This document shows, piece by piece, positions 29,602-40,202 of a DNA stretch of 64,000 nucleotides. The notes beneath the pieces were generated by a model. The model was not told where the DNA came from, did no database searches, and saw only the letters and a list, made by a program, of their open reading frames with translations. The number at the start of each line of letters is the position of its first letter. Position 1 is the stretch's first letter. A program made the translations under genes and the position numbers. The stretch is taken from assembly GCA_965216635.1 (NCBI GenBank), contig OZ244188.1, forward strand, positions 640,001-704,000, written 5' to 3'. This stretch comes from a bacterium (GTDB lineage Bacteria; SAR324; XYD2-FULL-50-16; G965216635).

Positions 29602-30594
29602 TTAGTCTTCTACTTTTAAAGGTCTATTTAGTAATACTTGTAGTGCTTTTTGTATAGGAAGTCCCTCGTAGAGGGTGCGATAAGCTGTTTTAATAATAGG
29701 GAGCTCAATAGAATGCTTTTCAGAGATCAGATACAGAGCTTTTGTGGTATGATAACCTTCTGCAACCTTGTTACCCATTTTTTTTATTGTTTCTTCTACA
29801 GTATTACCTTGTCCTAGTTGAATTCCAAAATTTTTATTTTGGCTATTTTTCTGTGAGTAACATGTCAATATTAAATCCCCCAAACCACTTAATCCATAAA
29901 GAGATTTTTCTTGAATTCCTAAAACTTGGCAGATTTTTTTCGTTTCTGATAAAGCTCTTGTAATCAAAAAAGACATTGCCTCCTCTCCGAGTTCGTAGCC
30001 TTGGATAATTCCAGCGACAATTGCAAATACATTTTTTATTGCTCCCAGAAATGCAGTACCTTTTAAATCTTGGCTGAGATAAACCCTAAACCACAAAGAG
30101 TTTAGTTCTTGTTGTAATTTTTCACCTATAGCTTTATCTTCACAGGCTAAAGTTTCTGCAGCTGGTTTATTATCTAATAGTAGTCCTTCGGGAAAACAAG
30201 GACCACCGAGATGAGCAAGAATATTTTTCGGGAAAATTTTTTTTACTATATCAGGAGCAGATAACAGATTTTCTGTTTCTATGCCTTTATTGACAGTGAT
30301 TAAAATATGATGGGGTTGAATTCCTTTAATACTTTCTAACCTTTTTCTAAAATAAGGCATAGGGTTAGAAAAAATAATCAATTCAGTATCAGACGGAACA
30401 GTCTCTGAGTTAGGGAGAATGCAAATAGATTTTGGAATAGAGAAATTAGGTAAATACGGAGAGTAGTTATTATCTTTAATCAATTGATACCCATCACTAC
30501 GAGAGCAAAGCAAACTGACTTGATGTTTGATTTTATCACAGTAAAGAGCCATAGAAGTTCCCCATCTTCCTGAGCCTGAAACAAGAATTTTCAT
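29602..30594 (-). CDS. gpsA: NAD(P)H-dependent glycerol-3-phosphate dehydrogenase
   Basis: GSGRWGT, KGIE, GAIKNVFAI, GLSGLGDLILTC, VAEG. Confidence 0.93.
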   Translation of the reverse strand: MKILVSGSGRWGTSMALYCDKIKHQVSLLCSRSDGYQLIKDNNYSPYLPNFSIPKSICILPNSETVPSDTELIIFSNPMPYFRKRLESIKGIQPHHILITVNKGIETENLLSAPDIVKKIFPKNILAHLGGPCFPEGLLLDNKPAAETLACEDKAIGEKLQQELNSLWFRVYLSQDLKGTAFLGAIKNVFAIVAGIIQGYELGEEAMSFLITRALSETKKICQVLGIQEKSLYGLSGLGDLILTCYSQKNSQNKNFGIQLGQGNTVEETIKKMGNKVAEGYHTTKALYLISEKHSIELPIIKTAYRTLYEGLPIQKALQVLLNRPLKVED

Positions 30595-30656
30595 TTTATG
30601 AAAAAAGAAATTTGAAACTTTAGTAGAAATAACTTATTTACTATCTATTGTAAATA

Positions 30657-30918
30657 GAGACTGTTGAATTAGACATTTTAGTTCGGCTATACTGCGGTAA
30701 AATTTTTTTTACCTCTTGGAATACTTTTTTTTTGCTATCTATTTCATAAGGTTATAGCAAAAGCTCCAGTGGAGCTTTTGCATTTCTTTTTTACCTTATT
30801 AGACCACATAACGCAAGTTTTGTAGTGTCCCTGCTCCCATTATTGTGGCACTACGAGACTCAGGTAACCCGATTTTTGTTTTGCCTAGCTTTCCTATAAT
30901 GCCTAGTTTGACAGTCTC
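30657..30918. mobile_element. MITE-like element
   Basis: GAGACTGTTGAATTAG / CTAGTTTGACAGTCTC; perfect TSD AAATA. Confidence 0.88.
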
Positions 30919-30954
30919 AAATAGTTATTTCATATCACACTTTAATTTAAAAAA

Positions 30955-31377
30955 ATGGAAGATAAATATAAAAATTTTATACAACAAATTCAAGCTAGTA
31001 GAGAGGGAACCTTGATGGAATGGATGAAAATAGACTTTGTGGAAGCGGGGAAAAATTATCTTATGGCTTCCATGCTTGTAAATAAGAAGTTTTATCAACC
31101 TTTTGGAATAGTGCACGGAGGAGTTTTCTCTATTTTAGCTGAAACAGTCGCGAGCGCTGCTTCTTTTCTTTATGTATCTCCAGAAAAAAAAGAAGTCAGG
31201 GGTATGTCTATTCAACTCAATCATTTAGCATCAGTAAAGGAAGGAGACCTAAAAGCACGCGCAACATTACTACATTTAGGAAATTTAACACATATCTGGG
31301 ATATTAAAATTCACAATTTGGGGAGGTTGGTTAGTGTGGGTAGGCAAAGCAATATTATTATAACTAAAAAAAATTAA
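30955..31377 (+). CDS. PaaI/MenI-family hotdog thioesterase
   Basis: QPFGIVHGG...LAET motif. Confidence 0.9.
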   Translation: MEDKYKNFIQQIQASREGTLMEWMKIDFVEAGKNYLMASMLVNKKFYQPFGIVHGGVFSILAETVASAASFLYVSPEKKEVRGMSIQLNHLASVKEGDLKARATLLHLGNLTHIWDIKIHNLGRLVSVGRQSNIIITKKN

Positions 31378-32210
31378 TGTTTAGAGTTTTTTTAAAATTT
31401 ACACTTTTGGTTTTGTTTTTTTTAGTTTTTTATAATTTTGTGCTGGTTCATTTTTTGTGGGCGCAAGAGTTAAAAATAGACGCAAGCCGTCAAAAAACTT
31501 TTGCAGATAAACTTTACCAAAAAAAAGAATATTACAGGGCAATTAGTGAATACCAAAGATTTTTGTATTTCTTTCCTCAACATCCTTTTACTTTAGATTC
31601 TAGATTACAGATTGGTAAGGCTTACCTTGCTGGAAAAGATTATACAACTGCTATCAGTTATTGGGAGGAATTGAAGAAAAATTTTCCTACTTTAGATTCT
31701 AACTACGAGGTAAATTTGTACCTCGCTTATTCTTGGATGGATAAGGATAGTAACCGTTTTTTTTACTATAGGCAAAAAAACATCAAAAAAGCATTAGAGG
31801 TATTACAGTCTATTTCAATCACCAACTCTGCACCCAAAAAATTAATCACTTCGGATATAGACTCTTTCATTGAGGAATGGGAAGTTGGTAGTACAAACCT
31901 TGATAAAAAATCTCCTTGGGTAGCGGGGACTCTATCTGCTATTTTTCCAGGCTCTGGTAGTCTATATACAAAAAGGTATAACGAGGCAATTTACGCCTTT
32001 TTTATTAATTTTATTTTTTTAGGAGCTACTTTAGAAGCTAACAAGTCAGGAGATAGTGCTGCGGTTTCCATTTTAGGGTTTTTTGCTTTGGCTTTTTACG
32101 CAGGAAACATTTACACCGCCATTAACGGAAGCTATAAATACAATGATTTTTCGCAAACACAGTATTGGAATAACTTGAGAACAAAACACAACCTTTTCTT
32201 TAGTCCTTAA
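31377..32210 (+). CDS. TPR protein with C-terminal membrane segments
   Basis: YYRAISEYQRFLYFFP; KSPWVAGTLSAIFPGSG. Confidence 0.75.
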   Translation: MFRVFLKFTLLVLFFLVFYNFVLVHFLWAQELKIDASRQKTFADKLYQKKEYYRAISEYQRFLYFFPQHPFTLDSRLQIGKAYLAGKDYTTAISYWEELKKNFPTLDSNYEVNLYLAYSWMDKDSNRFFYYRQKNIKKALEVLQSISITNSAPKKLITSDIDSFIEEWEVGSTNLDKKSPWVAGTLSAIFPGSGSLYTKRYNEAIYAFFINFIFLGATLEANKSGDSAAVSILGFFALAFYAGNIYTAINGSYKYNDFSQTQYWNNLRTKHNLFFSP

Positions 32211-32251
32211 AACCGAGGTGACAGCTGTAAATCAAGCTTTAGCCGTCTGTT

Positions 32252-33073
32252 TTAAATACTACTTACAGCTTCTTTTCTTTCATTTGTAGTCGGAGCAGCT
32301 ACTGTTTCAGTTGTGAGCCTAGCACTATCTTCTACTTCAGCACTAGTACTGCTCTCATATTCTTTTGGCACTGTAGAGCCAAATCTATTATAATGAGAAG
32401 CACTGTGAAAGTATTCTTTTCTCATGGAATGCATTTTTTCTTGAGCTCTATTTTTAATTTCTATTTCAGTTTGTAGGTGAACTTTAGTCAATTCAATAGC
32501 GTTTGCTATCATAGCATGATATTTTTCTGTTTCCTCTGCGACCGCTTGCAGATAGGTTTTCATTTTTGTACTAGCTATTTTAAAATGCTCTAATCCGTGT
32601 TGAAAGTTTTGCTTTGATTTATCTATAAAACCTCTTAAAGCGTTGAAAACATTATTTCTATCAGCGTACTCGTATCCTGTAGAGTTAGATTGTATTTCTG
32701 TATCTATCTCTTTAACAGATGCATCGTATTGTGAGATAACAGAATGTAGGCTATTCAATACAGACTCATATTTTGAAGAATTAAGTTGTAATTGTTCTAA
32801 AAGCGTTTTTCTTTTGAAACACCGACCTAGTGAGATAGAAAAAATTTTAGCTACGTTTAATATTTCTTTCTCAATAGAAGACGAATGTTCGGAATAGACC
32901 ATACTATCATCTTCAGAGATCAATTCTTTTTCTTGTGCTTCCAAATGGTTATCCCAATTAAAAGGATCAAACTTTAAAAATTCCCATTTGTCGTGTATTG
33001 TGTCAAAATCAACAACATCCTCCACTATAAACTTTTCTACATTAAGCTGTAGCAATTCTTTTTTATATCCCAT
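32252..33073 (-). CDS. hypothetical coiled-coil protein
   Basis: 273-aa ORF, charged and helical composition. Confidence 0.7.
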   Translation of the reverse strand: MGYKKELLQLNVEKFIVEDVVDFDTIHDKWEFLKFDPFNWDNHLEAQEKELISEDDSMVYSEHSSSIEKEILNVAKIFSISLGRCFKRKTLLEQLQLNSSKYESVLNSLHSVISQYDASVKEIDTEIQSNSTGYEYADRNNVFNALRGFIDKSKQNFQHGLEHFKIASTKMKTYLQAVAEETEKYHAMIANAIELTKVHLQTEIEIKNRAQEKMHSMRKEYFHSASHYNRFGSTVPKEYESSTSAEVEDSARLTTETVAAPTTNERKEAVSSI

Positions 33074-33242
33074 TGTTTTAAATAGTTGTTATTTATTATA
33101 AATTTGTTAGAACTCACAAAGAGTTCAATAAAAAACTACCTAATTCTCTAAAAAAAAGCAACATTTTTTTATTTCATAAAAATTGGTTTGTTTTTTTTAA
33201 AAATCTAATATAAAAATACCTATTATTTTATAAAAAAGCAAG

Positions 33243-34334
33243 TCAACTCATCGGAAAAATTGCAATTATTTTTGTGCCTTTAATAATCTTGTTAGCAATA
33301 AAAATTTTTCCCCTGTAGGATTCTACAATTTTTTTGCATATATTAAGTCCCAAACCATAACCACCATATTTTTTTGAGCGAGATTTTTCTACTCTATAAA
33401 ATGGTTCAAAAACTCTCATTCTTTCTTGTCTTGCAATACCTATTCCAAAATCTTGGACACTAATTTGTAGGCATTTGGTATTTTTACTCCATTTACTTTC
33501 AATTAAAATGGGAGTTTTGGAATGAGAATAGTTTAAAGCATTCTGGATTAAATTATTCAATAAAATTTTCAGAAATAGGGCATTAAGGGGGTATTTTTTT
33601 TTAGGAAGACTATTTTTGTATTTTATAGGGATGCTAGCTAAACGGTGGGAATGAATAATTTCTTGGATAACAGGTTCCAAGTAGATAGCTTCTGTTTTTG
33701 CCGAGTAATTTTTATATTCTAGCTTTTCTACTTCTAAGATAGAGTCAATTATCAATTCCATATCTTTAATATCTTCTTGAATACTAAGTGTATGTTCGTT
33801 TCTATCTAAAAGTTCTAAGGAAAGTTTAGTTCTTGTAATAGGTGTTTTGATTTCGTGACTAAGATTGAGTAGAAGTTGTTTTTTAGAATCTATAAGTTGA
33901 GAGAGTTTTTTACTCATTTGGTTGAAAGATTGAATAATATCTCCTAGCTCGTCGTTGTTTTTTTTTTTTAGCTGAAAATCTAGATTTCCTTTAGATAGCT
34001 CCACCACTCCAAGTTGAATAGCACTTAGAGGTTTTAAAATTTGGCGGATAGTGAGGTAGCAGCAAGTTAAAAGTAAGGCAATAAAAAATATCACCAAAAT
34101 TATATTACCATCGTTATCAAAAATATGTTCTTGGGCGAAGAAAAAAGAAAGAAAAGAATAATTCCTAGCTTCTAAGAAAATCCAGTAGATAAGGATAGCA
34201 ACAAAACTGAGAGTAACTAGAGAACTTATAAATGATATTAAAAAAATTTTTGTGAAAATAGAAACTCGGATTTTAGAGAACATTCTATCTTTATTCGCTC
34301 TATTTTTATTCGCTCTATTTTTATTCAATGGCAT
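33243..34334 (-). CDS. HAMP-domain sensor histidine kinase
   Basis: LSHEIKTPITR, NLIQNALNY, DFGIGI, FEPFYR, GYGLGL; start uncertain (34334 or 34283). Confidence 0.93.
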   Translation of the reverse strand: MPLNKNRANKNRANKDRMFSKIRVSIFTKIFLISFISSLVTLSFVAILIYWIFLEARNYSFLSFFFAQEHIFDNDGNIILVIFFIALLLTCCYLTIRQILKPLSAIQLGVVELSKGNLDFQLKKKNNDELGDIIQSFNQMSKKLSQLIDSKKQLLLNLSHEIKTPITRTKLSLELLDRNEHTLSIQEDIKDMELIIDSILEVEKLEYKNYSAKTEAIYLEPVIQEIIHSHRLASIPIKYKNSLPKKKYPLNALFLKILLNNLIQNALNYSHSKTPILIESKWSKNTKCLQISVQDFGIGIARQERMRVFEPFYRVEKSRSKKYGGYGLGLNICKKIVESYRGKIFIANKIIKGTKIIAIFPMS

Positions 34335-34995
34335 AACCCCTACCCCAAGCACTTTTTATTATAGGATTTTTTTTATCATCCTGAATTTTTTGCCTCAATC
34401 TACTGACTAAAACATCTATAGATCTATTATAACCGTCCCATTCCAAGTTGTGTAGTTTTTTAAGAATAAAATCTCTATTCAATATTTTTCCTTTATTTTG
34501 AAAAAACAAAGCTAAAAGCTCAAATTCTAGGTAGGTTAACTGGAGAGGATTTTGGCGGAGGTAAGCTTTTTTAAGATTCCAGTTAATTTTTAATGTTCCA
34601 ATAGTTTCTTCTTTTTTTGGAGTTGAGTTAGTTTCTGTTCTTCTCAGAATTGCTCCTACTCTAGTCAGTAATTCTCTCGGCTCAAATGGTTTAGACATAT
34701 AATCATCAGCACCTATTTCTAAACCTACAATTTTATCAGTTACTTCTCCTCTAGCAGATAGAAATAAAATAGGAATATCAGAATTTTTACGGATTTTTTT
34801 ACAAATCTCAAAACCATTCATTTTGGGAAGCATAATATCCAAGATAATTAAATGGATTCTTTCTTTTGCCAAAATCTCCTCTACTTCGCTATGCTCTTCT
34901 GCTTGAAAAACTCTGTAGTTATAGGTAGCAAAATAATTTTTAATAAGATCGTTGAGTTTTAAATCGTCTTCTACAAGAAGTATGTTATAATTCAT
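34321..34995 (-). CDS. OmpR-family response regulator
   Basis: ILLVEDD, LDIMLP, GADDYMSKPF, RSIDVLVSRLRQK. Confidence 0.95.
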   Translation of the reverse strand: MNYNILLVEDDLKLNDLIKNYFATYNYRVFQAEEHSEVEEILAKERIHLIILDIMLPKMNGFEICKKIRKNSDIPILFLSARGEVTDKIVGLEIGADDYMSKPFEPRELLTRVGAILRRTETNSTPKKEETIGTLKINWNLKKAYLRQNPLQLTYLEFELLALFFQNKGKILNRDFILKKLHNLEWDGYNRSIDVLVSRLRQKIQDDKKNPIIKSAWGRGYAIE

Positions 34996-35071
34996 TAAGT
35001 GATCACATTTTGATATTGAATAATTATACAATATATTTTAATATAAAAAAAACATCAAAATCATCTTCAGT

Positions 35072-36076
35072 ATGAAAATAAAAAAAAATCTTTTAATCAG
35101 TTTTGGGGCTTGTTGTATCTTTATTATCAGCTATCTTTTTCTACCTCTGTGGGGAAGTTCCCAAAATATTCAATTTAGCATTCCAAAAGGTTCTAGCACA
35201 AAAACTATAGCTTATAATTTAAAAGAAAAAAAAATATTCTTTTATCCTAATTTATTTATTTTAACGGTTAAAATTTTCAATAAATCCAAACGAATCCATA
35301 GCGGAGATTATGAGATAAACAGCAAAATATCCACTTGGCAACTGCTTCGTATTTTAGAGGAAGGAAAAGGAAAAACTGTAAAAATCACAATCCAAGAAGG
35401 TTTGCGAGCTAAACAGATTTTTACAATATTAAAAGAGTCAGAGTTAGACAATAACAAAAATTACGAAACTTATTTTAAGGACGCATCTTTTTTAAGAAAA
35501 AATAAATTACCATCAGAAGCAAAAACACTGGAGGGTTTTTTATTTCCAGAAACCTACCATTTTTCTAGATTTGCAACAGAAAAACAAATACTACAGAAAA
35601 TGATTGCAACTTTTTTTGAAAAACTTCCCCAAAAACTTCAAGGCAACCGCTCCGTTGATTTATCTTTTTATCAATTATTGATACTAGCCTCTATTGTAGA
35701 AAAAGAAACTAGTCTTAAAGCCGAGCAAAAGACAATTGTTTCTGTATTTTACAATCGTTTAAAAAAAGATATGAAATTGCAAACAGATCCCACAGTAATC
35801 TATGGAATTGAAAATTTTGACGGCAACCTCACTAGAAAACATTTGAAAGCATTTAGTCCGTACAATACTTACCTTAATAAAGGTCTACCGCCTACTCCTA
35901 TTTCTAACCCAGGTTTAGACGCTATCAATGCTGTGCTTCACCCTGAAAAAACAAAATATCTCTATTTTACTGGTAAAGGAGATGGAACATCGTATTTTTC
36001 TACAAACTTAAAAGAGCATAATAAAGCCGTAGAAAAATATCAGAAAAGGAGGCGAAAAGATTATCGTTCATTTTGA
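35072..36076 (+). CDS. mltG: endolytic transglycosylase
   Basis: LEGFLFPETY, LASIVEKET, LQTDPTVIY, SPYNTY, GLPPTPISNPG. Confidence 0.95.
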   Translation: MKIKKNLLISFGACCIFIISYLFLPLWGSSQNIQFSIPKGSSTKTIAYNLKEKKIFFYPNLFILTVKIFNKSKRIHSGDYEINSKISTWQLLRILEEGKGKTVKITIQEGLRAKQIFTILKESELDNNKNYETYFKDASFLRKNKLPSEAKTLEGFLFPETYHFSRFATEKQILQKMIATFFEKLPQKLQGNRSVDLSFYQLLILASIVEKETSLKAEQKTIVSVFYNRLKKDMKLQTDPTVIYGIENFDGNLTRKHLKAFSPYNTYLNKGLPPTPISNPGLDAINAVLHPEKTKYLYFTGKGDGTSYFSTNLKEHNKAVEKYQKRRRKDYRSF

Positions 36077-36125
36077 AGAAAAAATTAAAAACATTATCAT
36101 TCGTTTTGAAGAAAAAATTAAAAAC

Positions 36126-37001
36126 ATGCAAACCTTACAAAAAATCGTATTAGAAAAAGGAGTAGTCTATAAACCCTCGCGTACAGGCACGGCAAAGGTT
36201 TTAAAAAATATTCGCATTAGCGACCCCAACAGCCCCGATGAAGTGAGACACCTACTATTAGATATGTCTCAGACTGGTATGAAATTTTACGAAGGGCAGT
36301 CAGTGGGGGTGGTTCCACCGGGCACTACGGCGAGTGGTAGAGCCAATAAGGTGCGTCTTTACAGTGTGGCTTCTTCTAGGAGCGGAGAAGACGGCAAAGG
36401 AAACATTCTTGCTTTTTGCGTCAAAAAAGATTCAGGTGAAAAAAATGGAGAAAAATGGCAAGGAATCTGTTCTAATTATCTTTGTGATTTAAACGAAGGC
36501 GCAGAAATTATAATTACAGGACCTGTAGGTAGAAGTTTTCTGCTCCCCCAATGCAAAACTGTGAATCTCCTGATGTTTGCTACAGGAACTGGAATTGCTC
36601 CCTATAGAGGTTTTGCTCAATATATTGAAAAAAAAGGTTGGTCTGCTGCTTGTCTGCTTTTTATGGGTTGCAAAACTGAAAAAGAAGCACTATACTTTAA
36701 TCAACAAAACTCTGAATTGAAAAACTGCTCTTTTTTTAAATCGTATCTTGCTCTTTCTAGGGTAGAAAATACAAAAGAAGGGTATAAAATGTACGTTCAA
36801 TACAAATTGAGAGAATATTTAGAAGAAGTTTGGAAAATTATAATGGAAGGTAATTTTTCTCTATATATTTGTGGTTTGAAAGGTCTTGAAAAAGGAGTAG
36901 CAGAAATTTTAGCCCAGAAGGCAGAATCAGAATCCAAAAACTGGGCAGAAATGAAATTGGAGTTTAGGAAGCAAGGGCGTTGGAATGTAGAAGTCTATTA
37001 G
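36126..37001 (+). CDS. ferredoxin--NADP+ reductase (plant-type)
   Basis: RLYSVAS, GICSNYLC, ATGTGIAPYR, YICGLKG, WNVEVY. Confidence 0.92.
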   Translation: MQTLQKIVLEKGVVYKPSRTGTAKVLKNIRISDPNSPDEVRHLLLDMSQTGMKFYEGQSVGVVPPGTTASGRANKVRLYSVASSRSGEDGKGNILAFCVKKDSGEKNGEKWQGICSNYLCDLNEGAEIIITGPVGRSFLLPQCKTVNLLMFATGTGIAPYRGFAQYIEKKGWSAACLLFMGCKTEKEALYFNQQNSELKNCSFFKSYLALSRVENTKEGYKMYVQYKLREYLEEVWKIIMEGNFSLYICGLKGLEKGVAEILAQKAESESKNWAEMKLEFRKQGRWNVEVY

Positions 37002-37141
37002 ACTATTGAATTAGACATTCTAGTTCAGCTATACTGCGTTGCTCAAATTTTTTATCACTCAAAATACTTCAGTATTCCTCGTGGGTAAAAAATTTTCGCG
37101 CCTTGTCTAGCTTTCCTATAATGCTAAAGTTCAACAGTCTC
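36999..37141. mobile_element. MITE-like element inserted in the FNR stop codon
   Basis: TAGACTATTGAATTAG / AGTTCAACAGTCTC; TATTA duplicated at both junctions. Confidence 0.85.
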
Positions 37142-37316
37142 TATTAAAATAGACCCTTGACTTTGCGTTCTGTTTAGGCTAAGCTAGATAAAATCTAGCT
37201 AAACTAGGAAAAGGTTTCTTTAAAAAAGCCATTGCATTAATCTTATGTTTTGGCTAGACTTTGTAAATCTAGTCTAAACTAGACACAACCTAGACAAACT
37301 AGGGAAATGTTTTTTA

Positions 37317-37351
37317 TAAACCTTTGAATTTCTTAGAAATTCAAAAGGCTA
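37317..37351. mobile_element. 35-bp TIR-only mini element (second copy 38978-39012)
   Basis: TAAACCTTTGAATTTC-TTA-GAAATTCAAAAGGCTA with TSD TTTTA. Confidence 0.75.
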
Positions 37352-37375
37352 TTTTAATTTAAACTAAAAAAAATT

Positions 37376-38602
37376 ATGAAAATAATTAAAAAAAGGACGC
37401 TAAAAATAGCGTCAAATGCTTCCAATGGGGCTTCGGGTGGGGCTTTCCAATGGAATAGGGTTCTATTGTTAGGTGCGATTTTGTTGAGTTTTCTATTTGT
37501 AGGAAATCTGCGGGCACAGGAAGCTCCAGAGATAGCATCCCAAAAGGGTTGGTTTGTAGGGGTTAATCCTCTGATTTTTGGGGCGAACAAGATAGAAACC
37601 AGAACAACAACAAGTAGCACAGGAGGAGGAGAACTTGTGGTGAGTGATTTGACTGCCGATGCCCCTAGCAATAGAGAAATTATAAGATTCAACTCAGAAT
37701 CTGCAGCAAAAGCCATTTGTGCAGATGATACGACTATTGATTTTTTGGATCGATTCAGCAATCTTATTTCTTTCTCGCGTGCGAATGTTTTTAGCAGATT
37801 GGAAATATTCTATCTGGCGGAGGATAGAAGCGACGCAACAGATCTTACTATCACAGCTGGGGGAGCCCAATTTGATGCTGCTAATTTTATCCTAGACGGA
37901 GTAGAAATTTCATTCACAGAAGATCCAACGCTTTTGTATCGCAACTCAGTCAACAGTCCCATCGCAGACGGCGAATGCAAAAAAGCCTTTGATGGATTAC
38001 TTTTAGAAGACCAATCTTCTACTGCTGGCTCTTCAGAAACCAGCACAGGAAAAGCTCTAGCGGGCAACGGCTTGCAAGTGGGCTACAGAGACGGCGACTA
38101 TAGATATTCTCTTTCAAACTACTCTTGGGCAGCTGGATCAGATAAACTAGATTCCCAAGTGCTTTTGATAGAGTATTTTATAGCTAAGGGTTTTTCGGCG
38201 GGAATAGGAGTGGCGAATGTTAAGCTAGATTCTAGTGCTGGACTCTATTCACAAAGAGCGAATGTTTATAGTTTGAGCTACCATTACCCTATCTGGAAAA
38301 ATCTTTTTGTAGAAGCGAGCTATATGCTTATCTCAGCCGATATTTCCGTGCAAAAAGAAGAGCTAAAAGTACTTAAAGCAGTCACCCAAACAGATACCAG
38401 AGAGATAGGGTTTTTTATTTCTGTTGCTGGGGATGTTGCTGACCTTCGCTCACTTTATTATGATGGAGCAGAAACATTTGATGGAAGAGTCACCGTAAAG
38501 CGAACCCAAACCCAAACAGCTGGCACAAGAACGATCACAAAATCAGTGGAAATAAAAAACCCAGCAGCCTTTAGAATAAATTTCATCTGGCGCTTTCGTT
38601 AA
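37376..38602 (+). CDS. putative outer-membrane beta-barrel protein with large inserted loops (paralogue 1)
   Basis: Extended signal peptide, GWFVGV strand, amphipathic strands, terminal RINFIWRFR. Confidence 0.7.
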   Translation: MKIIKKRTLKIASNASNGASGGAFQWNRVLLLGAILLSFLFVGNLRAQEAPEIASQKGWFVGVNPLIFGANKIETRTTTSSTGGGELVVSDLTADAPSNREIIRFNSESAAKAICADDTTIDFLDRFSNLISFSRANVFSRLEIFYLAEDRSDATDLTITAGGAQFDAANFILDGVEISFTEDPTLLYRNSVNSPIADGECKKAFDGLLLEDQSSTAGSSETSTGKALAGNGLQVGYRDGDYRYSLSNYSWAAGSDKLDSQVLLIEYFIAKGFSAGIGVANVKLDSSAGLYSQRANVYSLSYHYPIWKNLFVEASYMLISADISVQKEELKVLKAVTQTDTREIGFFISVAGDVADLRSLYYDGAETFDGRVTVKRTQTQTAGTRTITKSVEIKNPAAFRINFIWRFR

Positions 38603-39035
38603 GGGCTTTTAAAAATCTGCAGGGGATGTTTTTTTTTCCAACGAAAAAAATAACGTCCCCGCACAATTATTTCTGCAGGGGATGTTTTTTTTTTCCAACC
38701 TGCAGGGGACATTTTTTTTGCCAAAATGGTTGCTTAGTCAACCATTTGGAGCAAAAAATGTGTCCCCGTTCTTAAAGAAGAAGGGGTTTAAAGGTCTATA
38801 TACTTTTGAATTAACCAAATAGGACAAAACCAGCTATTTTGGCTAAACTTTGGTAAAGTCTAGCTAAACTAATAATTTGAATTAACCAAATAGGACAAAA
38901 CCAGCTATTTTGGCTAAACTTTGGTAAAGTCTAGCTAAACTAGACACAACCTAGACAAACTAGGAAAATGTTTTTTATAAACCTTTGAATTTCTTAGAAA
39001 TTCAAAAGGCTATTTTAATTTAAACTAAAAAAATC

Positions 39036-40202
39036 ATGAAAATAATGAAAAAAAAGACGCTAAAAATAGCGTCAAATGCTTCTAATGGGGCTTTCCAATG
39101 GGCTGGCTTCCAATGGACATTACTGTTAGGTGTGATTTTGTTGAGTTTTCAGTTTGTGGGTAATCTGCAGGCGCAGGACAGCCAAACAAGTAAAATTGGT
39201 AAAGGTGGTTGGTTTATTGGGTTAACTCCCTATGCTTTGGGTCTTTCGGAGTCAAAGACTTCTGTTCGTATAACAGGTGTTACTCCTACAGGCGCCATAA
39301 TAGATAGTAGTGGTGGTGGATTTAGCTTTACTGCTGTAGCTCCTAGTGATGCCATACTTGGTGGTGGTGTTGGTATTCAAGCTAACGCACAAGCAGACGC
39401 TGTAAGGCTTTGTAAGACTGGTGCTGCGAGCACAGACGGAAGCAATACTAGTTTTTCTTCTCAACGATTCGCCCTAGCTGATGGATTGTACAGTAACAGC
39501 AATCCTATTAATTATAATTTCATAGCCTGTAAAAGTCATTTTGATGATCTTTTTTCCAATGCTACCCTAGTAGATGTGCCATTCCGATCACCAAAAGCCT
39601 CCCCAAAACCAGCGACAGCAAAATGGAGCGGCGCCGGCTTGCACTTCGGTTGGCAGTTTCCCGAAGGAGATAGAGTAGGGTTGCAGCTACACAACTGGAA
39701 AGGAGGAAATGTTGAGGTAAGTAGCCAAATTGCAATCTACGACTATTTTTTTGCCAAAGGCTTTTATGCGGGACTAGGCACTGGAACTCTGCAACTCAAA
39801 GCACTAGGCAAAACAAAAAGCCAAAGAGCAACAGCTGTGAATCTGGGTTGGCAGTATTCTATTAAAGAGAATCTCAAGCTAGAATTAGGCTACCTTCTTT
39901 TGAACGGTGAGGTAACAGTTAAAAAAGAAACCAGAACAACCAGAAATATAGCGCTTTCCAGTGCAGTAGTGGAAGCACAAGTTGTACATATAGGATTAGG
40001 ATTTTCTAGTCCTAATCCTAAGTTTAATTATAATGTTGCCTGCGGAGGAACTTCTTGTTCTTTACTGGGCGACCATGGAATAAAAGTTACTAGCGAGCCA
40101 CTCACTCGGGAAATATCCCAAGAATACGAAATAATAGAAACCCAAGAGGTGACAGTCTCCAAACCATCTGTGATCTATATCCGCTTGAGCCTCGGCTTTT
40201 AG
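39036..40202 (+). CDS. putative outer-membrane beta-barrel protein with large inserted loops (paralogue 2)
   Basis: Same signal peptide start, GWFIGL strand, terminal YIRLSLGF. Confidence 0.7.
   Translation: MKIMKKKTLKIASNASNGAFQWAGFQWTLLLGVILLSFQFVGNLQAQDSQTSKIGKGGWFIGLTPYALGLSESKTSVRITGVTPTGAIIDSSGGGFSFTAVAPSDAILGGGVGIQANAQADAVRLCKTGAASTDGSNTSFSSQRFALADGLYSNSNPINYNFIACKSHFDDLFSNATLVDVPFRSPKASPKPATAKWSGAGLHFGWQFPEGDRVGLQLHNWKGGNVEVSSQIAIYDYFFAKGFYAGLGTGTLQLKALGKTKSQRATAVNLGWQYSIKENLKLELGYLLLNGEVTVKKETRTTRNIALSSAVVEAQVVHIGLGFSSPNPKFNYNVACGGTSCSLLGDHGIKVTSEPLTREISQEYEIIETQEVTVSKPSVIYIRLSLGF

Noticed and set aside
37270..40202. Diversity-generating retroelement or integron for the OMP pair
   Set aside because: No reverse transcriptase, no adenine-specific TR/VR pair, no integrase or attC pattern in the window
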